From assembly GCA_013265495.1 (NCBI GenBank), contig MU058065.1:2457003-2521002 (forward strand): a DNA stretch of 64,000 bases, in the 5' to 3' direction. Position 1 is the first letter of the stretch. Each line of letters opens with the position of its first letter. The notes under the pieces are model-generated. The model was not told the DNA's origin, searched no databases, and saw only the letters and a list, made by a program, of their open reading frames with translations. The translations under genes were made by a program, and so were the position numbers. This DNA is from Vicugna vicugna (lineage: Eukaryota). This document shows positions 1 to 13,102 of this stretch, one piece after another.

Positions 1-3000
1 ACCTTCCTGGAGAGGCTGTATGTGTGCTCCTGTCTGCATAAATAAATTGGGAATTTGTGGCTTGCTAACCAAGGTATGAATGGGCCCTGAAGCATCCATT
101 TGGTCACACTTGTATGAAATACACTGGAGCTTTTCTCATAGTGCAGTCCAGCTTTGTATCGTCCCTAATGAGCAAACTTACCTACATTAGCCCCTTCATG
201 TCCTGCCCACTTCAGCCCACTGACTTCTGCCCTCCCAAATGAGATGCTCTGACCAGCCCCTGCTCAAGTGTGCCTTTGAGGGCCTGGGTTCCATCCCAGC
301 TCTGCCACCTCTGGGTCCTTCCCACAGCATCGTTGGGTCTATCTTTTCTGTTTTCTTAAGAGCAGGTGAGAACATTCCAGAGCATTATTAAGTATCCTTA
401 AAAATTGGTGTAAAGCCCTTCTGCGCACTGTTTGGAAATAAGAGCCTGCTTCAGCCTATACGACAACATCTTTGGCGCATCTCTGAGCTGATTCCTTGCT
501 CCTGCCCATCCCGGGAGCCAGTCCTCGGGGAACTGACCCTGGGAAGGACGCAGGGTACTGCCAAGCCTCGGTGTGTGTTCCTATTAGGAAGCTGATGCAT
601 TTCTGTCTAGAGGGCTTATCACCTCAAAAAATGCATTTAAACTTCCTGATGTTTACTTGGCTCTCTCCAAATGCCACAGGAAGGGAATTTTACAATGTAC
701 TTGAGAAATCAGTGGTTTGGAAATTCCACAGAACAACCTTTTTAAAAATATGCTAGGGATTATTTATAATTCTATCCCCAGGGCCCTCACTGCGGAATCA
801 CCTTATAGGAGAAACAGACATTTAATCGGGGTCTTTAGCACTTCAGTAATGAAAGCTCCTTGAGTTGGGGCCAAGACATAGCTGGGTTATTTTGAATTGC
901 CCCCTTTGTAGGAAATAGTTTTAAAGAACTTGCAGGGTTCCACTTAGAGCTGGGAAGCAGGTGTTGCCTGCTATTTCAAGAGAGAGGCCTTTTACAATTA
1001 AACATTTATTGGTCGTTCATGTCCCTGGTTATTAAGTGGAAGGTCTTGATAGATGGGTCTCAGGGGACCCTCCATTAGCCCCTGCATCCTCATGGTGAGC
1101 AGGCAGTATCATGACCGCCTTCTACATCTCTCACTAAATTAACAGCACCCGCCAAATAGAAACAGTGTTATTACCAGCGTTCTGCTGGGCTCTGGTACTT
1201 CAGCTAAATCAGTGAACATTGGGGGAGCTGGTTGAAAAATTGACTTTGTATATGTGGTTTGCTGTGTATAGCTGGTTAGAAAAGGTTAGCACGAATAGGC
1301 ACATGTAATATGATTGCATAAGGAGGAAAAAATGCTGTGGTTTTTTTTTTTTTCCCTGTCCTTTTGACCTAAGCATGTATTGGTAGTTGCTAAAGTTTGA
1401 GGCCTTTGTGATACTGCTTTTACTTTTAGCACAACTGAAAATCAAATCTCAAAGTAGCCCTAGGACTTTCCCCTGACCCTTACTCAGTGAAAATTTTTTT
1501 TAATAAAAAGACTGTCTCCATGTATTTAGTAAGAAGAGACATAATCTTAAACCTTTGTATGCTCTTAAGCTTTTTCTAAATATACTGGGGCTAGAAGTTG
1601 ATGATATGGAGAGAAAGGAACAGTTTAATTGATTGGGGATGACTTTAAGAGGTACCTTATTTTGAAGGTACATGTGGACAATGCTGCAAAAATGATTGGA
1701 AGGAAAAAGAAACTGAAAGAAGCTAGTGATCTTCAAATGCAGAGGTTGCAATTTCTGGAATCACCAGTGGGGGCGACAAACAGAAGATGGTCGGACTGCA
1801 TAATAAGAAAGCAAGCTAAGAGGGGAGGGTCAAATGATACCTCATTAGGTCAAGCAATAAGATACATCATATGCGTATGTGCAGATTCATGAGAAAAGGC
1901 TAGGTGCACCCCAACACTGTCACCTTAAAAGCAAAAACCATGTTAAAACAGCTAAGCCAAACCATAACACAGTAAAAAAAAAAAATAGTGCGTATGTGAC
2001 TAAATACACAAGAAACCCTGCAGTGCTGGATGGATAACTGGAGGGGTCCCAAGGTACTCGAGTCTGCTTGTGAAAGGCCAGGGCAGAGCACTTCAAGAAT
2101 GTGCTCTGTTCCAACCTTTCAAGTGACAAGCTCGAGAAAGGATCAACCTCAAATGTCATTGGCTCATGTAACCTGAGTCACAGCACAGCTCAGAAGGGGC
2201 AGCCAGTGCAGTCCTTAGCACGTTGACTTCTCCGGTGATGTGGAGCAGGGCCCATAGCTAGAGGCCAGTCAGCTGTGAAGCCAGAGAATTCACAGCTCTG
2301 GGGCCTTTCTGGGTCCAGGCCCCTTCCCTGCAGGCTCATAAGGTCAAATTTGCAAAGGTAGATTATCTCAGCTGCAAAGAATTCATGGCCATGTAAGGAA
2401 TGTATGAGATGTTACAGAAGTGTGTCAGGCACTTAATGAATGAAACCCTTATGCTCTTGTTCTGGATTTTGCGATATTTGTCAAAAAAAAAATTCGTAAT
2501 GTACTCTCATTTCTTGTCTCGTAAGTAAACTCTATACCGAATTTTGTATTCCTGTTTAAATGGTGTAAACTCTAGGTACCACGAAACAGTCATGGACCTC
2601 TGGCCAATGTGCTACCCTTGCCAAGATTAAAACACGGGCAATGTCTATACAGGACAGAGGTCTTAAGGTGGGGGCTTCTCTTGGCCAGTGCTCGTTGAAG
2701 GGACATAAGAGCCTTAAAAGAAAGTGTGGATGATGGAACACGAGTTTTTTTCAGCAGAGGAAGACTGGAATTCTAAGCAGAGCTGGTGAAACCAGTTAGA
2801 AAACCTGGTTTCTAACCCTGGTATCCTTTGAGCCATCTTCCTTACCGTGGTCTTGGTCTGTTTGGCCCATGCTGGGTGATGTTTTCCCTGGCAGGTGCAC
2901 GTGGATCACGTCCCCTGAGGTTCAAGCTTGAGAACAGGTTGAACATGGCTGACTGCATTGCCCATGACTTACATGGAAGAGGTAGGGGTGTTACCTAAGG

Positions 3001-3767
3001 CTGCCCTCTTGAGATCCCTTATTGATTCAACCCAGGTGCCACTACGTTACACAGATATATTTGTTTATGACAGGAGGGAGTGCGAGAGAAAGTCCATCCT
3101 GTCACGCATGAGAAAGGGCTTACAACATCACTGTAACTTTCAGCTTCCCTGTAATCATGAATCTGTTCAAACATTTTTTTTTAAAGTACTAGGAAAAAAT
3201 TATGGCCTTGTGGCCTGTTAGCAAACTTGATAAGTGATGAAGAGGATGAAGAAACAGAATTTGTATACTTTGGAGGAAAGCATTTTCAAAATACGTGGAG
3301 GAAATTCTTAAGAAATGTGCTGTTTATCCGTTATGTCTTGGCAATAAGATGTTCCGTATCTGTAATGATACACGGTATACAAATACAATTCAGATTTCTC
3401 TAATACCGGTGTCTGGAGGTTGTCCTCATGACCATCTTAGCAGGCACGTTTTTCTGAAGTCAACAGTGATAGCTTGGCAGCTGTTGCTTCAGCCTTTCTC
3501 TTATCAGACATTCATTTTATGGTCAAACTTAGCTTTTTCTCTTGTTGAAAGTTACTTAATTCCGGCCATGTGGAGTGTTTACAAATCATACTCAAACGTT
3601 GAACCACCTTTCTTGAGTAGAATACAAAGATTTATGTCCATGTACACTTCCAGAAGCTTCTTTTCAATAATGGCAAAATAAATATGTAGAAGAATGAAGA
3701 CGTTTACAAAGTCTGCTAAAGGATGTGGTTTAAAGTGAAATTGTTCTAATATTTGGTTCTCTTTCAG
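1..3767 (+). other. AP1S3: Last intron of AP1S3 (3' portion; the upstream exon lies outside the window)
   Basis: Ends in a canonical acceptor: branch-like TTCTAAT at 3744-3750, then a pyrimidine tract and CTTTCAG at 3761-3767. I did not find the upstream AP1S3 exon (VCELDIIFNFEK...) in 1-3767. Confidence 0.75.
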
Positions 3768-3803
3768 ACAATGGAAGAATACATGAACAAGCCTACATTT
3801 TAA
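3768..3803 (+). CDS. AP1S3: Terminal coding exon of AP-1 complex subunit sigma-3 (sigma1C)
   Basis: Directly after the acceptor, ACA ATG GAA GAA TAC ATG AAC AAG CCT ACA TTT TAA translates to TMEEYMNKPTF*. This matches the C-terminus I recall for mammalian AP1S3 (...EDSDMLQETMEEYMNKPTF). Phase-0 exon, too short to appear in the ORF track. Confidence 0.88.
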   Translation, partial: TMEEYMNKPTF

Positions 3804-4093
3804 CCATACATCTACTTGAAGACTCCACGCACGGCGTGTTGTGAATCTGTAAATACGCAATGCCTTGCATCCAGTTATTTGATAGAGCCTCCGGCACCAA
3901 GCCAGAAATAACTTAAAAGGGATTCTTGTTAACTAGGAAAAATTAATGTTGTTTAACATAGTATATTTATCATTATTACGTGCCTGTATTATATTGTATA
4001 TGACTACTTGGATGTTTAACTGCTTCTTAACTCAATAGACTGAATATTTGTTTGCAATGTTTTAACTCCATGTCATATTTGTGAGCTATTTTA

Positions 4094-4099
4094 AATAAA
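4094..4099 (+). terminator. Candidate proximal polyadenylation signal AATAAA
   Basis: First AATAAA after the stop codon, with upstream UGUA motifs and TG/T-rich sequence downstream. Confidence 0.55.
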
Positions 4100-6537
4100 T
4101 CTGTTGCAATATACTTGTTGCATTTGACCCTCTGCGGACAGGCTGAAACTGTATTGTAATAATCCATGATTTTGAATGTAAAGTGTATCTTGTATCCATA
4201 ATAATTTTTCTAGATGTTTAACTTTTTAAATTGTATAATAATTCAAAATTATGTTAATAGTTCAGAGGACATTTTTAATACACTTCATACTGTAATTTCA
4301 GTCCAGATACAATGTATCTGATTTTAATATCCTGAATTCATTAATTTTTTTCAGGACTGGAATTAAGGAAAATAACCAAAGATAGAATAGGATATAAGTG
4401 TTTTTGATGCCTTGGAAGCTGCTATCTAGGCTGAGATTTTAATTTCACCTTCTGATTGAATATAAGGGGCATTCCAGTAAGGTGTGTTTTTTACAAGCTA
4501 CGTATTTATTAAGGTTTGGGGACATCTGGAGATAAAGTGTCTATGACTTCTCTTATAAAAATAGTATAGCAAAGATTAATAGCAGTAGCAGTAATAATTA
4601 TTACTACTACTATTTTCATCGTCTTTTATGTTCCAAGCACTCTTCCTTGTTTGAGAAATTTTGTTTCCAGTGTTTTCATGCATATGGAATATATTTGAAC
4701 ACTTAGTGTTTATCAGGCTTACTTGGAGCACTTAATATTATTGCAGCCTATACAGTAGGTGCCTTTTCTCCTTTTTCCTTTCCTCATCTCCTAAGAAAAT
4801 ATTTGCTCTGACTGTTACCATCGTGACTATGTCTCGTTCATGCCTCCGGGAATGAAAGTTCTATGAAACCAGGCGGTGAAAGTAATCAGACGTTCTCGGG
4901 AACCAGCTCGTGCCCTTCTGTCTCGGTGCCCCTCTTTTGATGACTTACCTGTGCATTTTCAGTGTTAGTTTTGAGGTCTAGTATCACCATTGCAGGGGTT
5001 AGGGGCCCTCTAGTGTTCTTCCTAAGAGAAGAGTGTTCCTGCTGTTGGAGAATCCTCTTCGATTCATCCTGCCTGACTTATTTAGGGGAAAATGGCAAGA
5101 CAAGAGTGGAAGAACATGAGGAAAAATTGACCAACTCCTCAGTATAACCGTTATTAAAAGGAAACAAGTCAGATTAGTATGTGGAGTAATTATGGGGCTT
5201 TTAATAGGCAGTATTTCCCCCAATCAATTATATAATTGTAATTAGGGCATCAGATTGAAGTTTGTCATTTTTATCGCTTTGTTTACTATAGGTCTTTGAT
5301 TTTGTGCTTTAGCTTTTTTTTTTTTTTTAAATAAAGCAGAGCTCTTTAAAAAAACATTTTGTAAAGGTCAACTTTATGTAAGTGGATCCAAGTTTTTCTG
5401 GTTCTTTTGAAGTTTTCCAGCATTTTTGGATGAAGGTACTGACTAAACCTTATTTAGATGTATTCCACCGATTCTGGGGAGTTTCACGTTAGACGTTTGA
5501 GCTACAGACAGGGTTCCTCAGACTCCGCGTCAGCAGCACACATAGAATATGGGCATAACGATACGTCACTCTGGGGTGAATTCAAGGGATTTTGGGGACA
5601 TCTTACACGGACCTTGGTGAAAATAATCATTATGTTTTCTTTATATTATATAATTATAAAAAAACTACCAAGTGAAAGAAAAGATAATAAATATTAAATT
5701 TGTATAAAACTTCCAAATAAAAATTTTTAAAATTTTTGAATGAGGAACTTGAGTGTGTTTTTATGAATATAATTTTTTTTAATGTTAGTTATTATGCTTG
5801 AAATTGCTACCCGTAATTCCTGGTGAAGTCCCTGTAATATGGCTCTTCATTTTCTCGGCACTTACCATCAGGGAGAAACCTCATAGGCAGGTGACAGAAA
5901 ATAAGAGAATTTATTGCTTTGCTCCTATTGGCTTCTTTCTCACCATTTCTACATTTTGAGAATCTGATCTCTTTACATGTATAATCATTGATCACTCTTT
6001 AAACCTACTAACTCCTTTTCTTTCATTAACAGATGTAAAGTGAACATTTCTTGTGATAAATCAAGTGACTTTTTAATTCAAACTTTTTCCCATATCAGGT
6101 CTCCTAAAATAATGACAAAACATTTTCATCAAATAGACACATGTTGTTTTTCTACACCTGCTAATTCTTCTTTGCGAGTTGTCCTCCCTGTGAAACATCA
6201 CTGACGGACTGTGTTCAGTTTACTTTTCTAAGGTTTAATCAATAAATTTATTGGTAAATGTTAATGTATTTTTTCACACGGTCCTTGCAATTTTGGATTA
6301 AGTTCAGAGGATGCTCTGAAATATACGTAAAGCAAGCCAATGGCTGTTTTTCAATAATTTGCAAAGGGAAGGTCATTACATTTTTTCTTTCAGTTCTTAT
6401 TTTAACTCTTGACAAACTCTTGAAAAACTCTGCCCATAGACAACGTACTATGGTATTCAATAGTGATAATCTTTTTTGTCATATAAAGCTAAAAACAGAA
6501 AGGACTCTAACAGCCAGGGCTGTATTAGATTCACCTT

Positions 6538-6621
6538 TAAAAATACATATATATAAATATGTTTTTTTTTTCTTTAATGAACGTACTGGGGACTGAACCC
6601 AGGCCACCTCCCTCACCCCCC
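6538..6621 (-). mobile_element. Internally deleted Vic-1-like tRNA SINE
   Basis: T-rich tail plus GTACTGGGGACTGAACCCAGG (B-box region, reverse strand) joined directly to a CCCTCACCCCCC head. Imperfect TSD: AGATTCACCTT 6527-6537 and AGAGTCACCTT 6622-6632. Confidence 0.7.
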
Positions 6622-9157
6622 AGAGTCACCTTCTGATAGTTATATTTAATGTGGAGTTCAGATGTACTTTTACTCTTGATAAGTTTTTGTGAATAGACTC
6701 ACACATTAACTGAATCCAGGGTTTTCTCCTTGCATCTGTGCCATCAGTACATAATTTATATACTGTCTCCATCATAACTTACTTGTTTCAAAGTGCTAAT
6801 TTACTCTTTGATTAGCTAGTTTTGTTTTGCTACATTACAGAATAAATAATGATCTAAGCATTTCTCTTCAGGGCTTCATAGCATAGTTCCAAACAAGGGT
6901 AGATTAATATGAGATTATGATTGAACCATTTTCTAGATTAGAATTGTCTTCGTGTCTTTGTCATGTCTTCTATCTAATAGTATTAAAAAGTGGTGCTTTT
7001 TCCTCATTCCGTTGTAAAATATCGAGCATTTTCATGGAGGCTGGTAAAGTGGGCATTTCTGCAAACATGTGTGGATTGTGTGGGCTTTTGCTGTTATTAG
7101 CATGCCCTTAGAACTTGCTTTATGAGCTACACCTGATATTGTTATAATTTATAAGAGAACTCTGCTTCTTACTTTATATTTGCGCATGTTTAAAATGTTA
7201 GTTAATCTTGTGTAAAGTGGATGTTTCAGAGAAAGATACCAGCATAATTGACTTGATAATATTTTGAAGTAAATAAGAGATTTAACTGAAGAAGAGGAAG
7301 AATTACGAGAACACTGGGTTCCCAGTGTGAGATAATTCTCATACTGCTTCAGCAGTGATTTAAACTCTTTCTTATACTATTTTTTGGAGGGAGAGACATC
7401 TGTTGAATTTGTGAAGCTGCTAGTTTTAATAAAATATTTCCACTCTGGTGGAAAGATGTCTATAAAATTTAAGACTACATAAATGTGAGGAAAAAAAGAA
7501 CTAATGTACTTGTAAGGGGTTTATGGTCAAAAATTAAGTTTCAAAAAATAACTTAGATCTTTACATGTTTCAGAATGGTTACAAAAATAAATTTTAAAGT
7601 TATGATAAAAATATAACTTTGAAAATGCAGTCAAAATTGGAAGTATTGAAATATCAATTCTTATAAAATAAACTTCTAAAGATGTCTTGAAATATAAATA
7701 TTACTTTCCTTTATGGAGAATTAAATAATTTTGGGGAATCTGTATTAAATGAATTGTTTAAATTATATTTTCCTATTTTTAAAAATAACCATTTTTATTT
7801 CTTGAAACAAATTTTTAATGATATTTTACCAAGTCAGAGTTTGGCTAATTGTAATATTAAAAGCCAAGCTGAAGTGATGGCTGGATGAGTGAATAAACCA
7901 AGGCACATAATAAGAAAAATGAATAAAATCAATTACATTCTACTTAAAATACCCAATCTCACATGATAATAGCAGTAGTTGTAAAGAAAATAGTGTACAC
8001 AGTATTTCCTCTATTAGTCAAACACTAAATTAAACATGTAAAAGCAGAGAGGAAATTGAGTTGGAAGAAAATTGAAATCTTTTACCTACATACACAAAAA
8101 AAGCTCAAAAATGACAAATTATAAAGTAAAAGTCAGACTAACTCCTTACTTTGGGAAGTGTTGCATGCGTACATTCTTTTATTTACACCCTTCCTGCCCT
8201 CTGTGTATTCTATATTCAAAATCTTATGAGCCAAAATACACAATCACTGAATTTGGGAATTCTTCTAAGGTAGCCACCCAAAGGCTATTTGAATGTAATT
8301 TCAACTCTCATGAACTTCTGAATCAATGGGAAATTGCTTATTTTTATTTTTTAAATTTCTACGTATGACTTTCAGCCATCAGTGTCTCAGTACAAATGAG
8401 TGGGCCTTGGCTCACTGGTAGGGATGTTCTGAGCCATAAGACTCAGTGTCGCATTTATGTTCAGGGCATCAAAATGGCTGAGGACTGGGGACCTTCATGC
8501 GGGTCCGGAATGTGCCCCTGACAAGGTGCATGAACTTGCTCTTTGGAATGGATGGAACATCGGTGTCAGATGCGATCGTGGAATTGAGCTAGTCTAAACC
8601 ACTCATTATACAGAAGAGGAGAGTGATCAGTACATTAACATTTGTGCTTTGATCAGGTCCCAGTGCGAATCATTTATCTAATTAAACCTTGTCTTGATCA
8701 AAGGTATTACCTCATGAAAGTTTTTGATGAGCTTGTTTTCCTGCTATGAAATAAAAGCCTAATGACACTCAAGCAAGTTTTTCACCCTTTTAAATGATAC
8801 AACTGAAATATACTGAGTGCACTTTAAATGAAGTGTACCATTACAGGCGTAGGAAGAAGAGCTATGCTTGGAATACAGATAAAGTGACTCACCAAGGGTG
8901 TGTGGTGGGGTTTTGGAGGTAGAATATCATATGTGTTTCAGAGGGAAGGAGAGAACAGAGGAATAATATAGTTTTTGACTAATATTGAATAAAAGGGACT
9001 AATGATCTTGAAAAATCATTGAACTCAGAGACATTTCCTGCATTTAGCTAAAGCTTATTATTCCAACCTTGTTTGTACCTAACTGTGAAATAAGACCTTC
9101 ACATTTGGTTCTGAGTCAAGGAACCAGTGCTGGATGAAGCCAAACACTGCTGGAAAA

Positions 9158-9562
9158 ATGCAGTAGAGACCAGATGTTCATTTACCAAATCATTTCCTTG
9201 TTTCCTCCTGGGCTTACAGCTGGACTTCATCTCCCAGCTCTTGAAGTTTGGTTTGCCCACAATAGAATCATAGCCAGTGACATGTGGATTGAAGTGACGT
9301 ATGCTCAACTGCAGGTCTGGCTCAAAAAATACGCCCACCTGTGACCCTCCATTCTGTCTTTCCTGGTTTATAGCTCAAGGAAAATACTCCAGGATCCAGA
9401 CACGGCAGAGCTGGGAGATGGAAGGAACCCAAAAAAAGGTTGTCAGGAAGCCAAACAGGAACAGCCACACTGGACTGGTAACGTATGACAGAAGAGAATT
9501 CCTATGGCGTTAAGTTGCTGAACTCCAGGGCTTGTTTGTTACAGCGGTGAGCCTACCCTGAT
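9158..9562 (+). mobile_element. MaLR LTR (MLT1-type, old)
   Basis: TGCAGTAGAGAC start, CTGGACTTCATCTCCCAGC, and the end ...TAAGTTGCTGAACTCCAGGGCTTGTTTGTTACAGC are typical of MLT1. Confidence 0.7.
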
Positions 9563-9867
9563 AGGTGAAACAATTGTGGGATCAGAATGCTTTATCAACA
9601 AGTTTATCTTCAGCGAATGGGCTCCATTTCCAAAGTCTGAAAAGTTTTCCTACAACTGAAATCATAAGAATTCCTAGCGAAATTTCTTTAATGAAATTTC
9701 AAATTATATTTAGCAAAAAAAAAAAAAAAGGAAAAGAAAACTAAAAATAACACCCAATGTTGGATGGCACAGATAAACAGCATACACTGCTGAAGAAGCA
9801 TCTGTTAGTGCATGTAAATGATATTATAATGATCAAATCCTTTATCTGCATATTCTGAGAATCTAAT

Positions 9868-10065
9868 GCAGGGGTTGGCAAACATGGGCCAAATCCAACC
9901 TGTGGCCTGTAAGGATGGAGGTACCGTTGTAAAGACTTACTAAAAGAGGAAAGAGAAACAGGAGGAAGGGAGGCGGAGGAGGAGGAGGAGGAGGAGACTT
10001 CATGGCTCCAAAATTCTAAAATTTTTGCTGTCTGGCCCCTTCAACAACAAATTTGCCCACTCCAG
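9868..10065. mobile_element. hAT-Charlie MITE, MER58-type (MER58C-like), with an internal (GGA)n tract
   Basis: CAGGGGTTGGCAAAC at the left end and TCTGGCCCCTT...AAATTTGCCCACTCC at the right end form terminal inverted repeats. It sits within old L1M fragments (~9740-10240). Confidence 0.75.
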
Positions 10066-11414
10066 ATCTTACTTAAGGAATAATCCAAAATAGGGACTGT
10101 CTACATGGACAAGGATGATCTTTGTAGTAGTTTTGCAGTAGTTAAAAAGATTAGGAGCAACCTAAGTGCCCAGGATAGAAGAGTAGTTATGTAACTATTA
10201 AATTATTCACATAATTTACCACCAATAAAGTGATGGCGAGTGAGGGCTGTGGGTCTGTGATTGCGACTTTTGCCCGTCTTAGGAAGCCTTCATGGACTGC
10301 CATGCCTCACAGATGTCTTCTCATTCCTAAGTGCTCAAAGAAGATGCTAGAGAAACTGCGCGTTTAAAACTTTGATAATGTTCTGCCTTGAGCTTAAGAA
10401 GTAGACCTGACGGCTTCTGACACTTGTGCTCTGGCTTTTAGGACCCTTGTAGCAGGGAGGTGTCACCTGGGGTCGTATAGTTTATTTGGGGAGATGTTCT
10501 AGCTCAGGACACTCTATTCTTTGCTCTTAAGGAAGCTTCTCCTTTTCCACGCAGCCTGCAGGACCCCCTCCTCCACACTCTGCAGAGTATGGTGTGGGTG
10601 GGTGGGGTTCAGGTGCTCTTTGATTGATCTGTATGTCTTTCTGTAACCGGATGCTGTAAGGCACGTTACATACCCCTCATCACATGTGACTTCAGTGGTT
10701 ATTTCCATAGAAGTCTGGCTTCAGACCCTTGCCCAGGAATGTAATCAGGGTTACATTTTTGTTTTGTTGAAAAACGTCACACATAGTTTACATTGTTTGC
10801 CCTTTTTTAGAGAAAGAGACAATGTTGATGGTTTCAGTCTTTCCAATGTGGAATTTGAGAGGAATTTGCTAACCCAGGTCCTGTGCCAGCAATTTCTTAG
10901 GAACTGAGCAAAGTGCAGCTTACACGCTGAGAAAATCTATCTCATGTTACTCTAAACCCTGCCATGGTCCCCTGGTGCCTGTGAGATAACGTTCACGCTC
11001 CTTGGCGTGGACCTAGGTCTTGCCCCAGCCTCTCTGCTCTCAGTGATCACAGTACCCTGCATGCAACTGTGCCCCCAACATGTGACAGTCACTTGCTTTC
11101 TTCTGCAATTTTGTATGTCTGGAACCTACAACTTATATGTCACCTCCTAGGAGAGTCCTTCGTTGATCACTCCAGTTGGGTAACAATCTCTCTTTCTCAC
11201 CCCTGACACTGTCTTACCCATAGCCCATGTCTTTATTATAATTGAGAAGCTTTAAAATATGTTTAAAATAAATTTATTTGCAGCAAGTGACTTTCCTATT
11301 GGACAGAGAATTGCAGAGTTGAGACTGGAACCCACATGTCCGGATTCCTAGTGTAGTGCTGAAGTTTTAGAATTCCTCATTCAATGGCACACTTAACATA
11401 TTTAATATTGGAAC

Positions 11415-11620
11415 TGGAGCTGGGTTTAAATCCCAGCTCTGCCACTTATTCTCTGTAGGACCTTGGGTTTTGTCTAACCTCTCAATTTTTTTCAGCAGTA
11501 AAGCTGAGGGGGAAAATATCCCGTTTTCCTTTAAGGTTGTTGTGGGAATTAAATGAAGTAAAGCTTGTAAGAGCTTGGTTCAATGACTGACAATTAGAAA
11601 GTACTCAATAAACGTCAGCT
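11415..11620 (+). mobile_element. MIR SINE
   Basis: CTGGGTTTAAATCCCAGCTCTGCCACTTA core, followed by GTTGTGGGAATTAAATGA and CTCAATAAAC. Confidence 0.85.
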
Positions 11621-13102
11621 AAAGCCCGTTTTGGCTACCTGAATGGGTAGAATTGATCTGTTGTGGTGACAGACATTCTTCTGAGACTGCAGTCAGAAAG
11701 TAGATTGATTTGGGACACTGGTGAGTGGGTAGATGAGAAATGTGTTGAGGAACTTTGCCAAAGAAACAGCTGAGTAAAAGGCCAAATTCCTGGCTCACGA
11801 TGTTTTTAAAAATGGACTTCTGCCTATTCCTATATTGGCCAAGAATGTACTTGAAATGGAAGAATGGAAGCTTGACCAAGAGGAGGAGGGCAAGAAAGGA
11901 ATGTGGTTGTGTCCTTCATGTGATTCAAACTTCTGGATGTTCTTGGAGACACCTGGGGTCCGGCACCGGGCTCCTCTGTGAACTCGTGACCCAGAACAAA
12001 AGAAATCTTGGTGGATTCAGGATAAGCCTGTGTAACACCGACAAACAAGCCATTCACCCATCACCGGCTGCTGTCTCCAGACCCCTGCTTGGAGCCCCTC
12101 CCTGCCTCTAGCCTTCTCCAGGGCATCTCTGTATGTTCACCGCTCCATCAGAGGTACCCTGCCTTGGTGCAAAGTGACCCATTTCTGTCCCGTTAGCAAA
12201 TCCATGCAAATATCCCAATCCTCTTATCAGTCCTTGCCTCTGAAAGGCCCTGCCCTGGCCCAAATAGAACATGCCAAGCCAGAGATCGGGGGGTGGGAGG
12301 AGGAGGGACACAACTCCACAGTCACAGGATTTGCCTTGAGCCAGGACTGAATGTTCCTCGCTCTCGGTCAACCTGTGCTCAACCCTCGCTCCACAGTCCC
12401 TCTTCTCTTTTGTTGTCCCCTAGGTTTGGGATCATAGAGGTGGGATTTTTCCACCTCTGATCTCTGGCCTCTGACCTTGGGCTGCCTGCTTGCAGCCTCC
12501 TCCAGTTCCCTGTGACTCTGGAACGTTCCTTGGTATTTGACCCCTTGGGCTTGGCCTCAGAGTCCACTCCTCTGATCCATTTCTCCCAGCAGCTCTGAAG
12601 GCAGAGGCTGGACTGCATCACACCCACTTCCCTGCAGAGGTGAGGCAGTTAGTGGTTACTGATGCTGAGTGTTTACTTGGGGTCCTCAGGATACACATCT
12701 TTTACCCTAGTCCTCCCCACAGTGTGAAACGTCCAAGTCATTGCAGGAGACGCTCAAGAAAATAAGGTCCTGTGATGAAAAATGCTTTAGAAACATTTAG
12801 AAATTTTGTACAGTCTCCCCTCCCTCGTGGAGAGTGACAGTACATATGAGCCTACTGTAGGCTTTGGAAACTCCTATTGTAAAGAGACCTTTTAACTTGG
12901 CATTTCCTAATTGTACTTGAGTGATAGAAACATTTTTCCGGAAAGTACTTTTAATGACCCAGATTACTCACGCGTCATGGAGAACATGTCTTTGCTTCAC
13001 GTGACACTGATGCTCCAGTGAGGAGAGGGTCAGATCCTCGCATGTTCTTGTCCACTTAGTGCCCACAATGACCATATGAAGTGGATATTATTAACCCCAT
13101 TT

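Larger units (their letters stand above)
3804..7450 (+). other. AP1S3: AP1S3 3'UTR region (3' end uncertain; several candidate poly(A) sites)
   Basis: AU-rich, nearly repeat-free sequence after the stop codon. AATAAA occurs at 4094, ~5330, ~5716, 6241, 6841 and ~7428. Confidence 0.5.

Noticed and set aside
3295..3681. 128-aa ORF near the AP1S3 exon
   Set aside because: It starts at GTG, resembles no protein I recognise and lies in the intron just before the true acceptor.
8400..8570. Possible small hAT MITE (CAGGGCATCAAAATGGCT motif)
   Set aside because: Too degenerate to assign termini or a family by eye.
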